This document shows, piece by piece, positions 9,920 through 17,908 of a stretch of DNA of 64,000 bases. This stretch comes from Armatimonadota bacterium (lineage in GTDB: Bacteria; Armatimonadota; Zipacnadia; Zipacnadales; UBA5352): positions 32,001-96,000 of the forward strand of contig JAYENL010000314.1 of assembly GCA_034722055.1 (NCBI GenBank), read 5' to 3'. Each line of letters starts with the position of its first letter. Position 1 is the stretch's first letter. Below the pieces are notes generated by a model. It saw only the letters and a program-made list of their open reading frames with translations. It was not told the DNA's origin and did not search any database. A program made the translations under genes and the position numbers.

Positions 9920-10111
9920 GGCCTTCTCTCTGGCTCTGGATTACCCACAACTTCCGGAGGAAGGCCTGCGATGGAGTTGAGCAAGAGCTCAACCGTGTCG
10001 TCGTTCGGAGAGGCCGCCCGAACGGAGCGAGGGTGCCGCCCGGCCTGCCCGTTAGGTAGTCGAGGCCCCCCGCCTTCACGCCGTTCAGGCCTCTCCAGAG
10101 AGAGGTGTCCT

Positions 10112-10189
10112 GGGCCGGGGTGGAACCTTCGGCCTGTTCGCTGCGCTCACTGGCCTCACCGGGCGCTACGCGCCCGGCGGCCCCTCCAT
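10112..10189 (+). repeat. Dispersed ~80-bp structured repeat, copy 1
   Basis: GGGCCGGGGTGGAACCT...GCGGCCCCTCCAT; related copies at 42705, 46490 and 46602. Confidence 0.8.
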
Positions 10190-10324
10190 CACGGCAACCG
10201 GCTTTGCCGCGCAGCGTGGGCACGGGCCCTCCACGAGCGCGGCAGATGTGGGTAATGCATAGCTCTCTCTGGAGGGCCCGCGCCCCAGCGAAGGTGTTCC
10301 ATCCTGGCAGGCCGGCGGCCCCCT

Positions 10325-10432
10325 GGCCCACTGCATCTTCGGGAAGCCGGCGCCCCCGCCGGCCCACTCCATCCTTGGGAAGCCGGCGCCCCGGCCGGCC
10401 CACTCCATGTTTGGGAAGCCGGCGCCCCCGCC
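10325..10432 (+). repeat. Tandem repeat, 3 x 36 bp, each unit with a palindrome
   Basis: Units 10325-10360, 10361-10396, 10397-10432: GGCCCACTsCATnnTyGGGAAGCCGGCGCCCCsGCC; GCCGGCG-CCCC-CGCCGGC hairpin across unit junctions. Confidence 0.85.
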
Positions 10433-10562
10433 GGCTTGTGGCGCACAGCGCCACTGTGGTGATGGCGGGCAGGTGATGCCGAAGCGGCGGGGAATAGCGG
10501 TACGGCCTCCATCTGCGGTCCCGTCGCCGACCGAGGCGGGGCTGGCATGGGAGGGAGCGACC

Positions 10563-11870
10563 GTGAGGCGGACTGCAGTGGCCATCGCAGCGGCACTGAT
10601 GCTCATCCCGGCGGCGCGTGCGCAGGAGGCGGGCGAACAGCCCGACCAGCCTGCCGAGCGGATTCTGGCTACCGTTGACGGCGAGGAGATCACCGACCGC
10701 GAGCTGTGGTGGTACATGGAGCAGACCGCGGGCGGGAAGCTTCTCGACGAGCTCATCCTGCGCCACCTGCTGGCCGCCGAGGCAGAGGGGCAGGGCGTGA
10801 AGGTGGGCACTCCGGAGGTGGATGAGGCTGTCGCCGCGCTGAGGGCCGAGCACGGCTCCGAGGATACCTTCGAGGCCTGGCTGCGCGAGACGGGGCAGAC
10901 CATGAAGGGCCTGCGCATGCAACTGCAGCAGGAGCTGCTCATCGACAAGCTCCTGGAGCAGCGCATGGGGCTGACTGAGGAGGGCATCCGGGAGTATTAC
11001 GAGGCCCATCGGGAGGAGTTCACCGAGCCATCGCGGGTGCATCTGATGGACATCGTGACCCTGTCGCTGGTGGAGGCCTTTGAGGCCCGGGAGCGACTGG
11101 CCGCGGGCGAGCAGTTCGCCGCGGTGGCGCGGGAGATGTCACACGATCCCACCGCCGAGCAGGGCGGGGACCGCGGCTGGATCACGCCCGACGACGTCCT
11201 CAATGAGCACGTGGCGGACGTGGTCTTCGCCATGGCTGAGGGGGAGATCTCCGACCCAGTGGACTGCGAGGACCACTGGCACGTGTTCTGGGTGAAGGAG
11301 GTCGAACGAGGCCGGGCTCTGTCCCTGGAGGAGGCTCGGCCACAGGTGGAGGAGCGCATCATTAAGCTGCGAGGCATCTCCCGGGAGCTGTTTCTGACGC
11401 TGCTGCGCCGGCGGGCGGAGATCGACGTGCGGTGGGAGGCGCACGACTACCTGAAGCAGGTCTACGCCGACCTGCGTATGATCAAGGTCGTTGTTGACGG
11501 CCAGCGCCTGGAGCTGCCGACGGCGCCGGTGATGGTGGCGGGGTCACGCCTGCTCGTCCCGGCCAAGGACCTGCTGGAGGCTCTGGGCGCCGAGGTGAGC
11601 TGGAACGCGGAGGCCGGGGTCCTGGAGGCAACCAGAGACGGCACGAGGGTCACGCTGGTGAGGGGCCTGCCGGTGATGGGCGTCGGCGACGAGGAGATCG
11701 AGATGAAGGAGCCGCCGCAGATCCGCGAGGGGGTGCTGATGATCGCGCCGCGGGCGCCGGTGCAGGCGCTGGGGGGCAGCCTCCTGTGGAACCGGACGGA
11801 GAACACGTTGTATGTAGAGTCCCACCCCGAGGCGGAACAGGCCCCGGAGGGCGCCGAGACTGCCGGGTAG
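10563..11870 (+). CDS. Exported PrsA/SurA-like parvulin peptidyl-prolyl isomerase with C-terminal Cu-amine-oxidase N-terminal (stalk) domain
   Basis: Signal peptide; LATVDGEEIT; FAAVAREMS.D...QGGDRGW, GEISDPV; C-terminal RLLVP...LEALGAEVSWN and ALGGSLLWN repeats. Confidence 0.8.
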   Translation: MRRTAVAIAAALMLIPAARAQEAGEQPDQPAERILATVDGEEITDRELWWYMEQTAGGKLLDELILRHLLAAEAEGQGVKVGTPEVDEAVAALRAEHGSEDTFEAWLRETGQTMKGLRMQLQQELLIDKLLEQRMGLTEEGIREYYEAHREEFTEPSRVHLMDIVTLSLVEAFEARERLAAGEQFAAVAREMSHDPTAEQGGDRGWITPDDVLNEHVADVVFAMAEGEISDPVDCEDHWHVFWVKEVERGRALSLEEARPQVEERIIKLRGISRELFLTLLRRRAEIDVRWEAHDYLKQVYADLRMIKVVVDGQRLELPTAPVMVAGSRLLVPAKDLLEALGAEVSWNAEAGVLEATRDGTRVTLVRGLPVMGVGDEEIEMKEPPQIREGVLMIAPRAPVQALGGSLLWNRTENTLYVESHPEAEQAPEGAETAG

Positions 11871-11971
11871 GTGTGCGCGAAGAGCTCACCACGCTGTGAA
11901 TGACGGGGTGGCCGCCCTTGCGGCGGCTGCCCCCTCTGTTTCGACGTGCGGGCCGACAGGCGAGGAGAGCA

Positions 11972-13423
11972 GTGCCCCAGAGGAGCCAGCCCGAGAGCGA
12001 GGTCCCGGTTCTGCGCATCCTCCACGAGCGCCCGGAGGAGTGCGCTTTCCAGACCCTCACCAGGGGGCAGAGAGTGGCCGGTCTGGGCCTGCTGGCCGCG
12101 CTGGTGGGGGCCCTCATCCTCCGGCCGCTGCCCACGCTGATCGCGGTCAACGGGGCGCTGATCGTCTTCTACGTGGTGCACTCGGCCTACAAGTTCTACC
12201 TGGTGTGGGCGTCGCTGGAGCGGCCGGTGCTGCTGTCGGCGACCGAGGACGAGATGCGCCAGGTCGATGACGCGTCTCTGCCCACCTACACCGTGCTCAT
12301 CCCCCTGTATCGGGAGGCGGCGGTGCTGGGGCGGCTGGTGGAGGGCCTGCAGCGGCTGGACTACCCGCCCGAGAAGCTGGACGTGATGCTGCTGCTGGAG
12401 GAGGACGACGCGCAGACCATCGCGGCGGCCCAGCGGATGGACCTGCCGGCGCACATCCGCCCGGTCATCGTCCCCGACAGCCGGCCTAAGACCAAGCCCA
12501 AGGCCTGCAACTGGGGCCTGTTCACCTGTGATTCGGACCTCCTGGTCATCTTCGACGCCGAGGATAGACCTGAGCCCGATCAGCTCAGGAAGGCCGCTAT
12601 CGCCTTCCGGAAGATCCCGGACAACGTGGTCTGCCTGCAGGCGCGGCTGAACTACTACAACCAGCGCCAGAACCTGCTCACGCGGTGGTTCACAGCGGAG
12701 TACTCCGTATGGTTCGATCTCTTCCTGCCGGGGCTGACGGCCACCGGCGCGCCGATTCCGCTGGGCGGCACCAGCAATCACTTCCGGGTGGAGCCGCTCA
12801 AGGAGCTGGGCGGCTGGGACCCCTTCAACGTGACGGAGGACTGCGACCTGGGCGTGCGGCTGCACAAGCACGGCTGGAGCACGGCCATGCTGGCCTCCAC
12901 CACGTGGGAGGAGGCCAACGGGGCATTCTTCTCGTGGTTCCGCCAGCGCTCCCGGTGGGTGAAGGGCTACCTGCAGACCTGGCTGGTGCATATGCGCCGG
13001 CCGGTGAGGCTGGTCGGGGAGCTGGGCCCGGGGGGCTGGTTCTCGTTCCAGATGACCATCGGCGGCACGCTGCTGTGCTTTTTGATCAACCCCATCTACT
13101 GGCTGATGACGCTGGTCTGGCTGCTCACGCAGGCCACCGCCATAGCGGCGCTGTTCCCGGCCGGCATCTACCTGCTGGGCAGCTTCTGTCTCTTCGGCGC
13201 CAACTTCGTCTTCGTCTACATGGCGGTGGCCGGCTGCATGCACCGCGGCTACTGGGACCTGGTGAAGTACGCCGTGCTGACGCCCATCTACTGGCTGATG
13301 ATGAGCATCGGGGCCTACAAGGCCATCGCCCAGATCGCGGTGCGCCCGCACTACTGGGAGAAGACCGATCACGGCATCTTCGACCTGGAGGGCGCGGTCA
13401 GCGACGCCGGTGAAACGCCGTGA
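11972..13423 (+). CDS. Membrane-bound processive-type GT2 glycosyltransferase
   Basis: YTVLIPLYRE, KTKPKACN, IFDAED, GGTSNHF, TED, RQRSRW (QxxRW), WEKTDHG; N- and C-terminal TM helices; alternative start 11900. Confidence 0.9.
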   Translation: MPQRSQPESEVPVLRILHERPEECAFQTLTRGQRVAGLGLLAALVGALILRPLPTLIAVNGALIVFYVVHSAYKFYLVWASLERPVLLSATEDEMRQVDDASLPTYTVLIPLYREAAVLGRLVEGLQRLDYPPEKLDVMLLLEEDDAQTIAAAQRMDLPAHIRPVIVPDSRPKTKPKACNWGLFTCDSDLLVIFDAEDRPEPDQLRKAAIAFRKIPDNVVCLQARLNYYNQRQNLLTRWFTAEYSVWFDLFLPGLTATGAPIPLGGTSNHFRVEPLKELGGWDPFNVTEDCDLGVRLHKHGWSTAMLASTTWEEANGAFFSWFRQRSRWVKGYLQTWLVHMRRPVRLVGELGPGGWFSFQMTIGGTLLCFLINPIYWLMTLVWLLTQATAIAALFPAGIYLLGSFCLFGANFVFVYMAVAGCMHRGYWDLVKYAVLTPIYWLMMSIGAYKAIAQIAVRPHYWEKTDHGIFDLEGAVSDAGETP

Positions 13424-14940
13424 GCCCGCGTGCGGGTCGCGCTGAGGTCTGGGTGGTCTTCGGCCTGGTGACGCTGCTGACGCTGGGCATCGGCCTGCGA
13501 GGGCGGCTTGCCGAGCAGCGGGTCAACTGGGATGGGCTGGCGGCGGTGGCGCACGCCAATGACGTCTTCCGAGCTGAGCGGGGGGCGAACCTGGCGATGA
13601 TCGGCTTCGTGCAGCCGCCGCTGCCGGCGCTGCTGCAGCTTCCCGTGGTGCTCCTCGTGCCGTCCCTGGCGACCGGCGGGATGGCGGCGAACCTGCTGGG
13701 GGCGGTGGTGGCCGGGGTGGCGGCGGCGCTGCTGCTGGGCATGTGCGTGGAGGTGGGGCTGCCGGCGGCCTGGCGCTGGCCGCTGGTGGCGCTGTTCGCC
13801 CTGCACCCGATGATCCTGGGACCGGCCGCCTGCGGAGCGCCCATGGCGCTGCTGACGGCGCTGTTGCTGGGCGCGGCCTGGGCCCTGCTGCGGTGGTCGC
13901 AGGCGGAGGGCCTGCGGGAGCTGATCACCGCCAGCGTGCTGCTGGCCGCGGCCCTGATCACCCGCTACGAGGCGGTCTTCATCGTAGCGGGCGCGCTGAT
14001 CTACCTGGCGTGGCGCACGCTGCGCGGCGACGGCTCGTGGAGCAAGCTGGAGGGCACGCTGATCACCTTCGGCCTGCCCATCGCCTACGTCGCCGGCGTG
14101 TGGGTCATCGCCAACTGGGCCATCATGGGCGATCCCTGGCACTTTTTGCGGGAGACATTCGCCTCCCGGGGCCGCGCGGACGCCGCGGAGATGCTCTCGT
14201 TGTCCCTGCGCCTGACCATGGTGTGGTTTTTCCCCGCCCTGGCCCTCGTGTATAATCAGATGCGAGGTGTGGGCAGGCGGCCGGCGGCGGCCCGACCGGT
14301 GGCATGGCTGGTGCTGGCCGCGGTCGTGGCCCCCGCGCTCTTCCCGGGTGTCTTCGCCTCGTTAGGGCCGGCCGGGGACTGGAGCCGCCTGGCGACGGTC
14401 CTGTCTATGGTCCTGGCCGGGGGCTACGCCATGGTAGCGGTGCTGGCGGGTGAGCGCGTCCGTGGCGAGGCGAACGGCGGCCCCATGCACGGCACGGTGG
14501 TCATCGCCGCCGCGAGTCTGGGCGTGGCGCTGTGGCTGGTTGGCTCGGAGGGCCTCCTGGCGAGCGCCGGGGCGCCCTATCTGGGCGGCGGCCTGCTGAC
14601 GGACTCCGCCCGCGCGGAGCTCTCCGCGGCCGAGCTGCTCCGCGACACGGAGCTGCCCGCAGGCCGGAGGCACATGATCGTGGGCTGGCCGGGATTCGCG
14701 GTGGTGCTCTTCTCGGGTCGAACCGGGGAGATGGCCGTGCTCCGGACGGAGGACCTGCCTGACCACTGGGAGGACCTGTGGATCGGCAGCCGGATCGTGC
14801 TGCTGGTGGGCGAGGAGCATGGCGGGGTGCCGGCCACAGTGGTGCAGGACGACCTGGGGCTGGGGCCGCGCCTGCACCTGGACCCGAAGTGGGGGGCCGG
14901 GCCCTGGGAGTGCTACGCGGTCGGCAGCGGCTCGGACTGA
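13420..14940 (+). CDS. Polytopic membrane protein, GT-C (ArnT/PMT-like) glycosyltransferase-like
   Basis: Many TM helices; WDG acidic residue after TM1, IGFVQPPLP, TRYE, NWAIMGDPWHF; GTGA overlap with GT2. Confidence 0.65.
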   Translation: MSPRAGRAEVWVVFGLVTLLTLGIGLRGRLAEQRVNWDGLAAVAHANDVFRAERGANLAMIGFVQPPLPALLQLPVVLLVPSLATGGMAANLLGAVVAGVAAALLLGMCVEVGLPAAWRWPLVALFALHPMILGPAACGAPMALLTALLLGAAWALLRWSQAEGLRELITASVLLAAALITRYEAVFIVAGALIYLAWRTLRGDGSWSKLEGTLITFGLPIAYVAGVWVIANWAIMGDPWHFLRETFASRGRADAAEMLSLSLRLTMVWFFPALALVYNQMRGVGRRPAAARPVAWLVLAAVVAPALFPGVFASLGPAGDWSRLATVLSMVLAGGYAMVAVLAGERVRGEANGGPMHGTVVIAAASLGVALWLVGSEGLLASAGAPYLGGGLLTDSARAELSAAELLRDTELPAGRRHMIVGWPGFAVVLFSGRTGEMAVLRTEDLPDHWEDLWIGSRIVLLVGEEHGGVPATVVQDDLGLGPRLHLDPKWGAGPWECYAVGSGSD

Positions 14941-14995
14941 TGTCGTGACAGCAATATCGACGGGCTTGCGGGGCGCCTCACATCAGGAGGACGCC

Positions 14996-17902
14996 ATGGT
15001 GCGCCGGATCGTCATCGCTGTGATGGCTCTGAGCATGGTCGCGTTGTGCGTGGCGCGGGACGAGGAGTACCGCGCCGTGCGCGCCGAGCTGGAGGGGGCC
15101 ACCTCGCTGTGGACCGTGGACACGCCCGTTCTGGAGACCACCGAGGATGCCAAGTACCAGACCGAGCGCTACGGTGAGGACTTCACCTACGTCCTGCACG
15201 GCCTGCCGCCCGGCCCGGCGCGGCTGAAGCTGGGCCTGTGCGAGAATCGCTGGACTGAGCCGGGGGAGCGCGTCTTCGACGTCCAGGTGAACGGGCGCAC
15301 GGTGATTGACGACTATGACATCCTCGAGCACACCGCGATGAACGAGGCGGTGACCGTAAGCGCGGACATCACCATTCCCGAGGGCGAGCCGCTGCGCGTC
15401 CGGTTCGTGGCCGAGACGGATAACGCCAAGGTCAACGTCATCCGCATCTACACCGCCGAGTGGGTGCTGGAGACCACGCCCCGGGACGAGAAGAGCGCCG
15501 CGCTGCAGCCCGAGCAGCGCGACCTGCCAGCCTCCGAGGACGTCTGGGAGACGCAGCTTGGGAGGCTGGGCAGCCGCGTGGCCATCAATCCTCGGCCCCA
15601 GCGGGGCGTCTGGTGGCAGAGCCCTTTGGGCCATGCCGAGTATCGCAGCGCGTACTTCGACCCCGAGACCGTGGACTTCGCGCAGCAGCCCGCCCGGTAC
15701 ATCTTCGGGGTGAAGGTAGGGGACCTGGCGATCTCGATGCCCTTCGATGACCGCCTGCCCCACTTCTCGAAGATCGACCAGAGCGAGACCATGACGCGCC
15801 TGAGCTACGAGTGCAGCTCCCCGGAGCTGCCTGTTGACGTGCGCTTCACCTGGGGGGCACCATTCTATCCGCAGGACGTGAAGCTCTCGGTGGCTCCCTA
15901 TCTGACGCTGGAGGTGGCGGTGACCGGCAACGACCCGCAGGAGCAGTCCGGACAGGTGCTCATCGGCCGCTCCCTGCCCATCGGCGATCCCATGATGGCC
16001 TTCTCCCACGAGGGAATCACCGGGCTGCGCCGCACTCCGGAGGTCTTCGAGATCCCCACAGAGGAGCGGTGGGTGGTTGACGAGACGGAGGGCGTGCACC
16101 TGCACACCACCGGCCTGCCCCTGGGCGAGGGGCTGCCCGAGGACTCCGGCGCCACGGAGAAGGACAGTGACGGGCGGGTCATCCTGCCGCTGATGTGGGA
16201 CCAGCCCTACGGCGGCCTGGCATGGGACTTCACGGTGCAGCCGGGGGAGACGAGGCGCTGCCGCATCGTCTACATCGGCTGGGTCGATGGCACCGTGCAG
16301 ACGATCAATGACGTGGAGCACCGCTTCAAGTACCACGAGCTGTTTGACAGCCCCGATGTCCTCGCACGCTACGCCTTCGACAACTGGGATGAGATCCAGC
16401 GGCGCTGCGCGGTGTTCGAGCGCACGGTCTCGGAGGCCACCATCCCCGAGGCATTGCGCCAGTTCCTGGCGTTCGCAACGCACAGCTACCTGGTCAACAC
16501 CTGGTGGACCATCTCCCCCGAGGGGCGGGACTGGTTCACCGTCTGGGAGGGCTGCTGCCAGCTCCAGTCCACCGTCGATGTGGAGTACAACGTCGCGCCG
16601 CTGTACTTCCACATGTGGCCGGAGCTGCTGCGCATGGAGCTTGACGAGTGGGTGGGGCATATCTGGGACGGCGTGCTGGCCCACGACATGGGGGTCGGCC
16701 TGCAGGTGGATCAGATGGCCTACTGGCACCCCATGGAGATCGAGGAGAACACCAACTTCGTGCTGCTGTTGCACCAGTACTGGGCCTGGACCGGCGACGA
16801 GGAGGCGGTGCGGCGGCACTTCGAGTCCGTCCGGGAGCTGCTGAAGTGGGTGACCGACGCGGACACGGACGGCGACGGCTTCCCGGAGCAGGGCCTCTAC
16901 AACACCATCGACCAGGGCTCGGCGGCCATCCAGTACGCCTCGGATCAGGTCTACCTGGCGGTCAGATCGATGGCCGCCTACGCCGCCGGGGCGCGCATGG
17001 CCGAGCTGGTGGGCCGGCCGGAGGACGCCACCCGCTGGACGCAGCGGGTGCGGCTTACGGCCCGCACGCTGGCCCAGGAGGGGTGGCTGGACGACCACTA
17101 CGTAGTGGCGCTGAACCAGACGCGCGATGTCGAGCCGGCGGCGGCCCCGGCCGGGCCGCCGGTCGAGGACTATGGCATGGGCGGGGACTTCGGCATGATG
17201 GATGGCGGGGCCGGGGAGTACGCCGGCTACGACCCGGTGAGCATGACGGAGACGGCCCAGCCGATCAGCGGCTGGGACAGCTACTCCATCTACACCACCA
17301 ACGGGCTGCTGTATCCGATGCGCTCGGGGATGGAGGTTGGCGGCCTGGACCTGGAGCGCCTCCGCCGCGACCTCCGGCGCGCCGCCGGGGAGACCATGCA
17401 GGGTTACGGCTCCCCGCACACCAGCCACGAGGAGAACATGTGGGTGTCGCAGAACATCTGGCGGGACATGGCGGCGGCCTACCTGGGCATCGACTACGTG
17501 GACAACATCGAGCGCTACTGGGACCTGCAGCGGTACATCAACACCCGCAAGTTCGGGGCCTTCACCGATGTCTACGTCTATGGCAGGGATTCCACCTCGC
17601 TGGACTACTACCCCCGTGGCGTGGCGGCGTACGGGCTCTATGCGGCGCTGGCGGGTCTGCAGTTTGATCGCACTCGCGGGGTGCTCTCGCTCTCGCCCCT
17701 GCGCACGCCGCTGCGCCTGCCCCTGACCATGTTCGCGGACTGGGAGGCGGAGCGCATCCCGTGGCTGATCGTGGAGGGCGACCCCTCGGAGCCGGCAGTT
17801 CGGATCGAGGGCGGCGAGCTGCCAGAGGGGATGCAGGTGCGACTGCGCCCGCGCGGGCAGCCCTTCGCTGATGGTGAGCGCATCCAGCTCGGTGGCGAGT
17901 AG
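14996..17902 (+). CDS. Exported malectin-like domain + (alpha/alpha)6 glycoside hydrolase-like domain (GH52/DUF4965-related)
   Basis: Signal peptide; YQTERYG, GERVFDVQVNG, DNAKVNVI (malectin); WEG, STVDVEY, HDMGV, MEIEENTN, DTDGDGFP, NTID, QVYLA; AGGAGG SD. Confidence 0.75.
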   Translation: MVRRIVIAVMALSMVALCVARDEEYRAVRAELEGATSLWTVDTPVLETTEDAKYQTERYGEDFTYVLHGLPPGPARLKLGLCENRWTEPGERVFDVQVNGRTVIDDYDILEHTAMNEAVTVSADITIPEGEPLRVRFVAETDNAKVNVIRIYTAEWVLETTPRDEKSAALQPEQRDLPASEDVWETQLGRLGSRVAINPRPQRGVWWQSPLGHAEYRSAYFDPETVDFAQQPARYIFGVKVGDLAISMPFDDRLPHFSKIDQSETMTRLSYECSSPELPVDVRFTWGAPFYPQDVKLSVAPYLTLEVAVTGNDPQEQSGQVLIGRSLPIGDPMMAFSHEGITGLRRTPEVFEIPTEERWVVDETEGVHLHTTGLPLGEGLPEDSGATEKDSDGRVILPLMWDQPYGGLAWDFTVQPGETRRCRIVYIGWVDGTVQTINDVEHRFKYHELFDSPDVLARYAFDNWDEIQRRCAVFERTVSEATIPEALRQFLAFATHSYLVNTWWTISPEGRDWFTVWEGCCQLQSTVDVEYNVAPLYFHMWPELLRMELDEWVGHIWDGVLAHDMGVGLQVDQMAYWHPMEIEENTNFVLLLHQYWAWTGDEEAVRRHFESVRELLKWVTDADTDGDGFPEQGLYNTIDQGSAAIQYASDQVYLAVRSMAAYAAGARMAELVGRPEDATRWTQRVRLTARTLAQEGWLDDHYVVALNQTRDVEPAAAPAGPPVEDYGMGGDFGMMDGGAGEYAGYDPVSMTETAQPISGWDSYSIYTTNGLLYPMRSGMEVGGLDLERLRRDLRRAAGETMQGYGSPHTSHEENMWVSQNIWRDMAAAYLGIDYVDNIERYWDLQRYINTRKFGAFTDVYVYGRDSTSLDYYPRGVAAYGLYAALAGLQFDRTRGVLSLSPLRTPLRLPLTMFADWEAERIPWLIVEGDPSEPAVRIEGGELPEGMQVRLRPRGQPFADGERIQLGGE

Positions 17903-17908
17903 CCGGAG

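Noticed and set aside
10116..10130. GGGTGGAACC as a T-box antiterminator
   Set aside because: It occurs in four dispersed copies in both orientations, not upstream of amino-acid genes, and has no stem I or terminator.
10325..10432. 36-bp repeats as a mini CRISPR array
   Set aside because: The units are contiguous with no unique spacers, and there are no cas genes.
9750..10476. Short ORFs in the xylB/PPIase intergenic region (also those at 32030-32412 and 57462-57757)
   Set aside because: Pro/Arg/Gly-rich translations of repeat and hairpin DNA with no SD and no recognisable motifs.
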